Source of the DNA: Mobula hypostoma
Lineage: Eukaryota
Direction of reading: 5' to 3'
Length of the DNA: 64,000 bases
NCBI RefSeq assembly: GCF_963921235.1
Contig: NC_086104.1
Span: 130,758,001 to 130,822,000, forward strand
The position numbers and the translations under genes are program-made. The notes under the pieces were generated by a model, which was given only the letters and a program-made list of their open reading frames with translations, had not been told where the DNA came from and did not search any database. Each line of letters opens with the position of its first letter. Position 1 is the stretch's first letter. Shown here piece after piece: positions 52,201-64,000 of this stretch.

Positions 52201-53439
52201 CTTGACTTGACTTATCTCTGACTGACTTATCTCTGACTGACTACATATGAGGTTCTCGATGACTGGAGAGTGACTAATATGATGCACTGTTTACCTTTGT
52301 TTGTAATTTAAATAGGTGACTTGGATGTGAAAGTCCAGTACAAATCATCTTCAGTAATTTAGCGGATGATACTAAAACAGGTGGTGGTGTAGAGTAGAAG
52401 ATTATGAAATTTTACAGGGGGATCTGATCAACAGGGAATGTGGGCTGAGGATTAGGAAACACCTTTCAGTCCAGATAAATGTGGAGATCAAATCAGGGTA
52501 GGACCACTGTTAATGGTCATGCTCTGGGGAGTATTGTGGAACAGGGGGACTGAGGAATGCAAGGGCATAGTTCTCTGAAAGTAGCATCACAGGTTGATGA
52601 AGGGTTTTGGCACACTGGCCCCCATCAGTTAATGGGCATTGGGAAGTTGATTTGAAGGCACTGGTGAGGCTGCACTGAAATGTTGTGGACAGTCTTGGTC
52701 ACCTTGTTATAGGGTAGATGAGAAAAGAGTGCAGAGAAGATTTACCAGGATGTTGCCTAGACTCAAGGGCCTAAGTTACGAGGAGAGGTCACATAGACTA
52801 GGACTTTATTTCCAGCTACATAGGAGATTGAGGGGTGACCTGACAGAACTATACAAAATCATGAGGGGTATAGATGGGGTGTAACCTTTTTACTTGGGAA
52901 GGGGCAAATAAAAATAGAGGTCATGGGTTTATTTCCTTTAATATCCCAGTGAGCAGTCCAACAGATCCTATCAATTTATCTGCCTTAAGCCCCCTGAGTT
53001 TCTCCAATAGTAAATCTCCTGCATTTGGGATTTTTGTAATTCTACCATGTTATTTGAAATTAGCCTGAATTAAGAATATTGGCAATGTCTTTCACAGTGA
53101 AATCTGATGCAAAAAAAAGTATTCAAAGGTTCATTTTATTATCAAAGATGTATGTAGAATACAACTCTGAAACTTGTCTTCTCCAGATAGCCATAGAATA
53201 CAGAAAACCATAGAAGTATTTAAAAGAATGACATCAATTCCCCCCCGCATGAAAAGAAAAAGAAACAAAAACTTGCAAACTCCAAACACCACCTGCCCCC
53301 CCGAACAAAAACTAACAGATCACCCAAAGCCCCCAGCCCGCCAATTGGCAACAAGAAAGAATGGGCGAGAACATTAAAAAGAACACAGAGCTGAAAGAGG
53401 CCAATGTGAACTACAGTCTATTTTGTTGTTTGCTGTGAT

Positions 53440-56400
53440 TATTTTACCAGTCTTGTTTTTTAGTGGCCCCACCTTTACTTCAGCTACCCCCTTCATCCTT
53501 CAGCATTCTTCGAAACCTTTATTGTCTGTTTTTATACCACGTGCAAGTTTTCCCACTATTCATTTTTCTTCCTTTTTAATGTGCCCTTTAGTTGTCTCCT
53601 GTCACAATCCCCTGGCCTGCCAACAACTCTAGCCATTTTGCATGTACAATTTTTCACTATTACATGTACAATTTTTCACATTTACATTATCCTTTATCTC
53701 CTTTAATAAGCACGGATTTTGCTTTTCTCACGGATTCCCACTTTTTAATTGGGATAAACTTTTGCTGTGCATTATAGACTAACTGTTTCAATACTTAATT
53801 ATTTAGAGATGCAGTGCAGAAAAGGCCTTTATTCCCACTCTTTAACTCCTGCCAGTCAGCCAATCTTCTATCCAGGCTGGTATCCTTCCTGTAATGCCAT
53901 GGGCTCTTATCTTGTTTAGTAGCTTCATACTATGCAGCACCTTGTCAGAGGTCTTATGAAAATCCAAGTAAATGACATTCGCTGACTCTCCTTTGTCTAC
54001 CTTGCCTGTTATTTCCTCAAAGAATTCCAACACATTTGTCAAGCAAGATTTCACCTTAAGGAAACCAAACTGACTTTTATTTTATCATGTGTCTCCAAGT
54101 ATCCCAGAACCTCATCCTTAGTAATGGACTCCAACATCTTCCCAACCACTGAAATCAGGCTAACCTCCCAATAATTTCCTTTCTTTTGCCTCCCTTCTTA
54201 AACAGTGGAGTGACATTTGCAATTTTCCAGTCCTCCAGAACGATTCCAGAATTTAGTGATTCTTGAAACATCATTAGTAATGCCTCTACAATCTCTTCAG
54301 CTATCTCCTTCAGAACCCTGGGGTGTAGTCTATCTGGTCCAGGTGACTTATCTACCTTCAGACATTTTAGCTCCCCAGGCACCATCTCCTTAGTAATAGC
54401 AACTACTCTCACTTTTGCCCCCTGACACTCTGATTATTGGCATACTGCTAGTGCCTTCTATGGTGAAGACTGCTGCAAAATACTTATTAGGTTTGTCCAC
54501 TATTTCTTTGTCTTCCATTACTACGTCTCCAGCATCATTTTCCAGGGGTCCAATATCCACTCTCACCTCTCTTTTACTCGTCGTCTATCTGGAAAAAAAT
54601 TGGTAGCTTCTTTTATGTTATTAGCTAGCTTACCTTCATATTTAATCTTTTCTCTCCTTATTGCCTTCTGGTGGTTTTTAGAAGCTTCTCAATCTTCTAA
54701 CTTCCCACTAATTTTTGTGAATTTAAATGACCTCTCTTGTGCTTTTATGCTAACTTTTACTTCCCTTGTCAGCCTCAGTTGCCTCATCCTCCCTTTAGAA
54801 TGCTTCTTCATCTTTGGGTTAGGTCTATCCCATGCCTTCTGAGTTGCCCCCAAAAACTCCAGCCATAGCTGTTCTGTTATCATCCCTGTTAGTGTCCCCT
54901 TAAAAAACAACTTTGGCCAGCTCCTCTGTCATAAGACCATAAGACAGGAGCAGAATTAGGCCATATGGCCCGTCTAGTCTGCTCCGCCATTCAATCATGG
55001 CTGATCCTTTTTTTTCTCCTTCTCAACCCCAGTTCCCAGCCTTCTCCCGGTAACCTTTGATGCCATGTCCAATCAAAAACCTATCAATCTCTGCCTTAAA
55101 TACACCCAATGACCTGGCCTCCACAGCTGCATGTAGCAACAAATTCCACAAATTCACCACCCTTTGGCTAAAAAAATTTCTCCACATCTCTGTTTGGAAA
55201 GAGCGCCCCACTGTACTGAGGCCCCTCTTGTCCTAGACTCTCCCACCATGGGAAACATGGTTTCCACATCTCCTCTGTCCAGGCCTTTCAACATTCAAAA
55301 GGTTTCAATTAGATTCCCCCCTCATTCTTCTGAATTCCAGCAAGTACAGACCCAGAGCCATCAAACATTCCTCATATGATAACCCTTTCGTTCCTGGAAT
55401 CACCCTTGTGAACTGCCTCTGGACCCTCTCCAATGTCAGCACATATCTTCTAAGATGAGGGGCCCAGACTGTTTATAATACTAATGGTGAGGCCTCACCA
55501 GTACCCTAAAAAGCCTCAGCATCACATCCTTGCTCTTGTATTCTAAATCTCTTGAAATTAATGCTAACATGGCATTTGCCTTGCTCACCACTGACTCAAC
55601 CTGTAAGTTAATCTTTAGGTGTTCTGCACAAGGACTCCCAAGTCCTTTTGCATCTCAGCTTTTTGGATTTTCTCCACATTTAGAAAATAGTCCACACATT
55701 TACTTCTACTTCCGAAGTGCATAACCATGCATTTTCCAACATTGTATTTCATTTGCCACTTTCTTGCCCATTCTCCTCTCTGTCTAAGTCCTTGTGCATC
55801 CTACCTGTTTCCTCAAAACTACCTACCCCTCCACCAATCTTCATATCACCTGTAAACTTGGCAACAAAGCCATCTATTCCATCATTTAAATCATTGATAT
55901 GCAGCATAAAAAGAAGCAGTCCCAACTCCGATCCCTGTGGAACACCACTAGTCACTGGCAGCCAACCAGAAAAGGATCCTTTTATTCCCACTCACTGCCT
56001 CCTACCAATCAGCCAATGCTCTAGCCATGTTAGTAACTCTCCTGTAATACCATGGGCTCTTAACTTGGTAAGCAGCCTCATGTGTGGCACCTTGTCAAAG
56101 GCCTTCTGAGAGTCCAAATATACAACATCCACTACATCCCCTTTATCTATCCTACTTGCAATCTCCTCAAAGAATTCCAACAGGTTCGTCAGGCAGGTTT
56201 TTCCCTGAAGGAAAATATGCTGACTTTGTCCTATCTTGTCCTGTGTCACCAAGTATTCCATCACCTCATCCTTAACAATTGACTCTAACATCTTCCCAAC
56301 TACTCAGGTCAGGCTAACTGGTCTATAATTTCCTTTCTGCTGCCTTCCTCCTTTCTTAAAGAGTGCAGTGAGATTTGCAATTTTTCAGTCCACTGGCACC

Positions 56401-58000
56401 ATGCTAGAGTCCAATGATTTTTGAAAGATCATTTCTAATGCCACCACAATCTCTAATGCTACCTGTTTCAGAACCCTAAAGTGCGGTTCTTCTGGTCTGA
56501 GTGTCTTATATACCTCTAGGTCTTTTAGCTTTTTGAGCACCTTCTGTCTTGTAATAGTAACTGCATCCACTTCTCTTCCTTCGCACACTAGAACATTAGG
56601 CATACTGCTCATGTCTTCCACGGTGAAGACTGATGCAAAATACTTTATTGTCGCCAAACAATTGATACTAGAGCGTACAATCATCACAGCGATATTTGAT
56701 TCTGCGCTTCACACTCCCTGGAGTACAAATCGATAGTAAATAGTAAAAATTTAAATCATAGATCATAAATAGAAAATAGAAAAAGAAAAGTAAGGTAGTG
56801 CAAAAAAATCGAGAGGCAGGTCCCGCCCAGATCTGGGTCAGGGTCCATTCAGCGGTCTTATCACAGTTGGAAAGAAGCTGTTCCCAAATCTGGCCGTACG
56901 AGTCTTCAAGCTCCTGAACCTTCTCCTGGAGGGAAGAGGGACGAAAAGTGTGTTGGCTGGGTGGATCGTGTCCTTGATTATCCTGGGCAGCACTGCTCCG
57001 ACAGCGTGCGGTATAAAGTGAGTCCAAGGACAGAAAATTGGCTGGTGTGATGTGCTGGGCTGTGTTCATGATCTTCTGCAGCTTCTTCCGGTCTTGGACA
57101 GGACAACTTCCATACCAGGTTGTGATGCACCCTAGAAGAATGCTTTCTACAGTGCATCTATAAAAATTAGTGAGGGTTTTAGGGGACAGGCCAAACTTCT
57201 TTAGCCTTCTCAGGAAGTAAAGGTGCTGGTGGGCCTTCTTGGCAGTGGACTCTGCTGGTTGGACCAAGTCAGGCCATTTGTGATATTAACCCTGAGGAAC
57301 TTAAAGCTTTTGACCTGTTCCACTTGCGCACCACCGATGTAAATGGAGTCGTGCGGTCCGCTACTCCCTCTGAAGTCAACAACCAATTCCTTCGTCTTGC
57401 TGACGTTGAGGGATAGGTTATTGCTTTTGCACCACGCCACCAGGTTCTTAATTACCTCTCTTTCTTAAATACTCATTTAGTTCACCAGCCATCTCCTTGT
57501 CCCCCATTATTATTTCTGCAACCTAATTGTCTCATGGTCCTATATCCATTCTCATCCCTTTTTCATTTTGAACATACTTGAAAAAACTTTTACTATCCAC
57601 TTTGATATTCTTTGCTAGCTTGCTTTCATATTTCACCTTTTCCCTTCTAATGATTTTTTAGTCGCTCTCTGTATTTTTTTTTAAATTTCCCAATCCCCTA
57701 TCTTGCCACTAATTTTTGCTCTGTTGTATGCCCTTTCTTTTGCTTTTACAATAGCTTTGACTTCCCTTGTCAGCCATTTGTCTCTGTAATTTCCTTTACT
57801 CCACTGAAATGCTGATACACCTGCCTTGAGTTTCTCCCTCTCAAACTGCAGGGTGAATTATATCATATTATGATCACTGTTTTCCAAGAGTTTCATGATT
57901 TCAACCCACATTGACCCCATGTCATTATCAACTGCCTTTACATCGCTGCTCTATTACCTTCCCTGATTCATAACACCAACTTCCCCCTTTTGCCTATTCA
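53440..58000 (-). mobile_element. Cluster of two to three CR1 fragments
   Basis: KSCLTNVLEFFEE, DKSPGPD, SGVPQGSELG, YLDSQKAFDKVPH. Confidence 0.8.
56646..57470 (-). mobile_element. Rex1/Babar LINE 3' fragment inserted in CR1
   Basis: 199-aa ORF 56668-57267 (KKAHQHLYFLRRLKKFG...); aaatact on both flanks. Confidence 0.85.
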
Positions 58001-58832
58001 AAGGGTACAGTGTACCACCTGAAATATTGAGCTCTTGGCCCTGGTTACCCTACAACCACGTTTCTCTCACAGCTACAGCAGGTTGGCGAGGCTGTATTAC
58101 GTACAGTTTTAGTCACCTTGTAATAGGAAAGATATTGTCAAGAGGAAGAGGGTGCAGAAGGGATTGACCAGACTGAGTTATAGGGAGAGATTGGTCACAT
58201 TGGATCTTTATTCCTTGGCATGTAAGAGAAAGAGGGATGACCTCATAGAAGTTTATAAAATCACGAGGGATATGGATAAGGCAGATAGTTTTTGGAGTCC
58301 AAAGTTAGAGGCCACAGGTGCAAGATAAAAGTGGAGGGATTTAATAAGAGAACTGAGAGGTAACTTCTTTGAGGTTAGTGAGTCCCCTGCCAGAGGAAGT
58401 GGTCGAGGGAGTTACTCTTGGAACAGTTAAGCAGCCTTTGGTTTGGTACAAGGAGGAGAGGGGCTCGGTCCAAACGCGGTAACTGGGACTAGTAGGGAGG
58501 AAGCTGTGGTTGACATGGACCAGTTGACCCAAGCAGCCTGTTTTCATGCTGTATTACTCTGTAATTGAACTGCATCATACTTATCAACTCCTTTGTCTTG
58601 TGGCAAATACTTTAGCCTCCTGAGGAAGCAGAGGCGATGATGAGTTTTCTCAGCCTGGATATCAACATGGTTGATCCAGGACAGATTATCAATGAAGTTC
58701 AAATAAAGACCATCATGCTTTGATTTTTACAGCTCTGTTATGCAAATTTTCATTTCATCTCTTGTCTTCTCCCATTATACAGTGATGTTGAGTTTCCCTT
58801 CACTATCCTATGCCACTGCTCTCTCAATTCCT

Positions 58833-58986
58833 AAACACAAAATACTCTGCAGATGCTGGGGTCAAAGCAACACTCACAACATGCTGGAGGAACTCAGCAG
58901 GTCGGGCAGCGTCCGTGGAAACGTCAACTCATCGTTTCCATGGATGCTGCCTGACCTGCTGAGTTTCTCCAGCGTGTTGCGAGTGT
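58833..58986. mobile_element. 154-bp palindromic pLTR-derived mini-element
   Basis: About 55-bp inverted arms around tcaactcat; perfect 16-bp TSD tgctctctcaattcct at 58817-58832 and 58987-59002. Confidence 0.85.
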
Positions 58987-59579
58987 TGCTCTCTCAATTC
59001 CTGCTGACTAATTAAATCTTTCATTCTTGGAGGCTTCTCTTCTCCCAGTTAGTTTATGACCTTGTCTAAACTTCCAGTTATGATTCACCAAGACACTGGT
59101 CCCAGCATGGACCATGTGAAGCCCCTGCCAATGGAACAACTTTCCTTCCTTGGTACTGCTGAATACTTTCAACCAGTCAATTTACCTTCCTCATCTTCTC
59201 TAGCTATTGGCTATTTGATCATGATTCAGATAATAATCTGGAGTTACAGAGGAGATGTCAGGGGTAAGTTTTTTACGCAGAGAGTGGTGAGTGCATGAAA
59301 TGGTCTGCTGGCGACGGTAGTGGAGGTGGAAACGCTAGGGTCTTTTAAGAGACTCCTGGATGGGTACATGGACCTTAGAAAAATAGAGGACTATGGGTAA
59401 GCCTAGGTAGTTCTAAGGTAAGGACATGTTCGGCACAGCTTTGTGGGCCGAATAGCCTGTATTGTGCTGTAGGTTTTCTATATTTCTACGTTTCTATCAC
59501 CGTTTTGATTTTTCTAAGTTTTGTCCTTATCCTTCAGTAGAGTATATTGCCGTTCATAGTTCAAAGCATTCCATTTGTC

Positions 59580-60080
59580 TGCTGGGTGTGAACTTCGTCC
59601 ATAGCCTGACCTGGTCCAATCATGGCCAAGGAAGCTCACCAACACCTCTACTTCCTCTGGAGGCCTAAAGAAATTCAGCACGTCCCCTCTGACTTTCACC
59701 ACATTTTATTCATGCACCCGAGAAAGCGTCCTATCTGGATGCTTTCTCTCTTCTCCCCCTCTCCCATCAGCCAGAAGATACAAAAGCCTGAAAGCACATA
59801 CCACCAGGCTCTGGTACAGCTTCTATCCCACTCTTATCAGACTCCAGAAGAGACTTCCTGTGCAATAAGATGAACTCTTGACCTCACAGTCTAATCGTTA
59901 TGATCTTACACTTTATTATTAACTTGCACTGTACTTTTGGTAACTTTTACACTTTATTCTGCACTCTTACAACTTGATCTTATTCTCACTGTCCATTGTG
60001 TAATGATCTGATCTGTACGAACAGTATATAAGACAAGCTTTTCACTGTATCTCAGTACATGGGACAATAATAAACCAACA
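59580..60080 (+). mobile_element. Rex1/Babar 3' fragment
   Basis: AKEAHQHLYFL; LINE-type 3' UTR. Confidence 0.6.
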
Positions 60081-60429
60081 CCAATACTAATTTCATGTAC
60101 CAGAACATCCATATCTGGGCAATTCAAACATCAGCCCAGATAGTCTGGGGGCTCCTCTCTCCACGACGCCGAGGCTGTCAGACCGCCTCTGGCTGCTGTG
60201 CTTCGTGTCTGCAAACTTAGCGGTGATTTGCCCCGCTAATATGATGGATTGAATACCAAGGTTTTGGGCCTACTCTAGGCTGCTATGGGGATCTGGATCT
60301 AAGAACCCGATTTGGTTCGGAATGCTCTTTTTGACCGCTTCTATTGGTTATATGATTCGTTTTGGGGTTTTTTTCTCTCTTTCTCTGTGGGCAATTGGGG
60401 AGGGGAGGTTGGTCTTATTTTTTTTAAGT

Positions 60430-61615
60430 TGGGTTATTTCGGGTTCCTTGAGAATTTCAACATCTCAAATGGCGTGAAGCAAGGGTGCATTCTCGCACCA
60501 GTGCTCTTCAACCTCTTCTTCACCCAAGTGCTGAAGCATGCTGTTAAGGACCTAGACCTGGGTATTTACATAAGATATCGCTGAGATAGATCGATGTTTG
60601 ACCTGAGACGCCTTGCTGCAAAGAGCAAAACGTCGAGGAGGCTCATCACTGAAGCTCTGTTTGCAGATGACTGTGCCCTCGTGGCCCACCAGGAGAACCA
60701 CCTGCAGATGGTTGTCGACAAGTTCTCCGCAGCTTCAAAGCTGTTCGGCCTGACAATCAGCCTCGGTAAGGCAGAAGTTCTCCTACAACCTGCACCAAAC
60801 AGTCACCCTCCTCAGCCATGCATCACCATTGACGGCCCTGGCATGAAGAATGTGGAGAGCTTCAAGTATCTCAGAGGCACCATCTCCAGTGATAGATCCC
60901 TTGACAAAGAGATCATAACAAGGATCCAAAAAGCCAGCCAGGCACTCGGGAAACTCTGTGTCAAAGTTCTGGAGCACAAGGACATTCAGCTTTGAACCAA
61001 GCTCAAGGTGTACAAGGCTGTGGTCCTCACCTCTCTCCTGAACGGCTGCGAAACCTGGACCCTGTACCGCAGGCACATCAAACAGCTGGAGCAGTTTCAC
61101 ATGCGCTGTCTGCGGTCGATCATGAGGATTCAATGGCAGGACCGAATCACCAACCAGGAAGTCCTTGACAGAGCCAACAGGTCGTTGGACTGGCCATGTA
61201 TTCCGCATGGGTGAAACAAGAGTCCCCAGGCAGCTGCTCTACAGTGAGCTGAGCATGGCAGTCGCAATCAGGGCTGCCCCAAAAAAAGATTCAAAGACAA
61301 TCTGAAATCATACATCAAAATGGGCAGACCTCCAGCCTTGACAACTTGAGGAGTCCACAGCCGACAGGGCTGTGTGGCGCGCCCTGACCGGAAGAGCTGC
61401 ATCTGACTTTGAGGATGACCGAAATCAGCGCCTTGCAGCAGCACAAGGCCAACGCCCCAAAGCCGTGTATGCACCCGTTCTAACAACCGCCATTCCATGT
61501 CCAACCTGCAACCGCACGTGTGTTTCGGCCTTCGGCCCCCGAAGCCACGGGCGTATCCACAGATGACTGCACAATATTTAGTCTTCCTCGGACCCCGAGA
61601 GACAACCACCACGCT
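60430..61615 (+). mobile_element. RTE-clade (RTE-1/BovB-like) LINE 3' fragment
   Basis: GVKQGCILAPVLFNLFF, LFADDCAL, FKYLRGTIS, YKAVVLTSLLNGCETWT. Confidence 0.88.
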
Positions 61616-61658
61616 TTGTGACTGCCTGTAAACAAACTAATCTCAAGGCTGTATAATT

Positions 61659-62409
61659 CAGGGGTCCCCAACCTTTTTTGCACCACGGACCAGTTTAATA
61701 TTGACAATATTCTTGCAGATGGCCCACCAGGGGTGGGGGTGTTCAAGTAGGGTTAAACTCACCTCAACATGTCTTTTACAGTTAGGGTTGCCAGCTTTCT
61801 CACTCCCAAATAAGGGACAAAAGTAGCAGTCAAATCCCGGGACACTTGTGTTTACCCCAGGAAAGACTACCATGACCATGAAACCTTGCACGGGCACCTG
61901 TGTGCGCATGTGTGACGTGCGCATGTGTGATTCCACAAATCGGTTTTGGTTTAATCTTCCCGACTACACTGTACATACATTATTTCTACTTTATATAGGC
62001 TGTGTATTATATCATATAATTCCTGCTTTTACTATATGTTATGTTATTTTCAGTTTTATGTGTTATTTGGTATGATTTGATAGGTTATTTTTTGGGTCTG
62101 GGCACGCTCAAAAATGTTTCCCATATAAATTAATAGTAATTGCTTCTTCGCTTTACGCCATTTCGGCACGAAAGGTTTCATAGGAACGCTCTCCCTTAGC
62201 GGGGGGAATACGGGACAAGGGTGGTCCTGTATGGGACAAACCAATTTAGCCCAATATAGGGGATGTCCCGGCAAATACGAGACAGTTGGCAACCCTATGT
62301 CAAAGTTCAACAGTGCATGACAGGGAATGAGGAAAGGTGCAGCTGACTCTTATCGTTTCCTTGCGGCCCGGTAGCACATGCTTTATGGCCCGGTGGTTGG
62401 GGACCGCTG
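61659..62409. mobile_element. hAT (Charlie-like) MITE containing an inner TAGGGTTGCCA-ended hAT-like unit (61783-62297)
   Basis: TIRs caggggtccccaacc / ggttggggaccgctg; perfect 8-bp TSD gtataatt at 61651-61658 and 62410-62417. Confidence 0.88.
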
Positions 62410-62449
62410 GTATAATTTATACATTCTTTGATAATAGATGCACTTTGAA

Positions 62450-62930
62450 ACTTTGAACTTAAATGAGTGTTACTTCACATGGATCTTACATGGTGTTCAC
62501 AGCCTCCTCCAGTTAGTGATGGTGGGACAGCCTTAAACTGAACCCTTTACCCTCCCGAGCCTTTGCTTCGGTGTGCCCTCAGTGCATTGGAATGTATCGA
62601 TCTGCAGCTTCAGGGTTGGGGGGAGGGTTACCAGCAGATTTTTGGCAGACCAAGATGTGATTCTTCACCAGGTTAATCTTCCAGTAGTGTCTGAGTCTCT
62701 GTTGTTGGTCCCAGTGTGGGTTCCCGGAAGCATCTGACAAGGTGCAAAATGGTGGGTCAGGCAGGGCTCCCTTCTGCATAAACCTTTCTGTGAGAGACAG
62801 GTACCACTGGATAGAGTGCAGCAACATGTCCACGTCCATTGCTTACAATGTTGGGGACAGATACATGGTGACATGGTGTGTGCATATCTGGGATCTTTTG
62901 ATTTGTTATTGCCCCATCTGCTTAAATACA
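62450..62930 (-). mobile_element. Decayed Tx1-like ORF2 C-terminal fragment
   Basis: Weak WKINLVK / FPGTHT-like similarity. Confidence 0.4.
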
Positions 62931-62939
62931 GTGAACAGC

Positions 62940-63920
62940 TTGTCTTGCACACTGTTCATACAGATCAGAGCATTACACAGTGCATTGAGCTAGAATGATA
63001 GGCTGCATCACTGTCTGGTATGGGGGGAAGGGGGCCACTGCACAGGACCGAAAGAAGCTGCAGAGGGCTGTAAATTTAGTCAGCTCCATCTTAGGCACTA
63101 GCCTACAAAGTACCCAGGGCATTCTCAGGGAGTGGTGTCTCAGAAAGGCAGCGTCCATTATTAAGGACCTCCAGTACCCAGGGCATGCCCTTTTCTCACT
63201 GTTACCATCAGGTAGGAGATACAGAAGCCTGAAGGCACACACTCAGCGATTCAGGAACAGCTTCTTCCCCTCTGCCATCCGATTGCTAAATGGACATTGA
63301 ATCTTTGGACTTTTTTAATATATAGTATTTCTGTTTTGCACATTTTTAAAAAATCTATTCAATATACATAATTGATTTACTTGTTTATTTATTATTACTA
63401 TTATTTTTATTTTATTTGTTTTTTTCTCTGCTAGATTATGTATTGCATTGACTGCTGCTGCTAAGTTCACAAATTTCACGTCACATGCTGGTGATAATAA
63501 ACTTGATTCTGATTCTGATAGAGTAAACCAGTAACAATGCAGAATAAAATGCAACAACTACACAGAGAGTGCAGTGCAGGGCAACGATAAAGTGCACAAG
63601 ACCATAGCAAGGTAGATTATAAGGGATAAGATTTCATCTTATTGTACAAGAGATTGATTCAAACATTTGATAACAGGATTAATGCTGAGTCTGGTGGTAC
63701 GTTATTTCAGGCTTTTTCTAATCCTCTGTCTAATGGGAGAGGGGAGAATAGATAGCCACCGGGGTGGGTGAGGTTCTTTAATTATGCTAGCCGCACTCCC
63801 AAGGCAGTGAGAAGTATAGGCAGAGTCCATAGAGGGGAGGCTGGTTCCGGGCTGTGCCCACCACTCTCTACATTTCTTGCAGTTGCCATGCCGATCCTGC
63901 CCTTGTGTGCAGACCCTCAT
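62940..63920. mobile_element. Two Rex1/Babar 3' ends tail-to-tail (+ about 62940-63520; - about 63520-63920)
   Basis: GCITVWYGG..DRKKLQR...NSFFPSAIRLLN with a (gattct)n tail; SAASIIK on the - strand. Confidence 0.75.
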
Positions 63921-64000
63921 GAGGTAGCCATCAGGATAAAGCACAACAGGCCTCCCACTTTCTTCTGAGTGCTCCTGCCAGCCTTGTCCCTGTGTGATCA

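Noticed and set aside
53093-53120. Recombination signal sequence (CACAGTG + 12 nt + A-rich nonamer)
   Set aside because: The nonamer is only 6/9, the sequence is a variant of a recurring CR1 segment, and no V/D/J segments are present

Overview
Vertebrate genomic DNA, most likely a cartilaginous fish (shark or ray). That placement is an inference from the V-SINE, CR1, Rex1 and Neptune-type Penelope repeat content and the long introns. One host gene is visible: an 11-coding-exon X-family DNA polymerase on the + strand (ATG 20407, stop 48955-48957). I spliced it by hand to 1587 nt / 528 aa with every exon phase consistent. It is best read as POLM (Pol mu), with a CpG-island promoter at about 18.65-18.95 kb, a GC-AG intron 6 and TdT-like residues at the base of Loop1. 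Most of the rest is nested transposon debris: CR1, Rex1/Babar, RTE, Tx1, Gypsy, SINEs, and hAT and mariner MITEs. The most striking non-coding feature is a family of minimal type-I hammerhead ribozymes (AGTC-CTGAyGA-A-stem II-GAAAC-GTC^GACT) in Penelope pseudo-LTRs. Five copies have intact cores. Two TSD-flanked Penelope insertions with inverted pLTRs bracket the POLM promoter, giving four pLTR/ribozyme copies in -,+,-,+ order. A size series of smaller TSD-flanked derivatives (324, 154 and 102 bp) also occurs. No searches or folding programs were run. Comparisons with human Pol mu and TdT are from memory, and repeat boundaries without a TSD are approximate.
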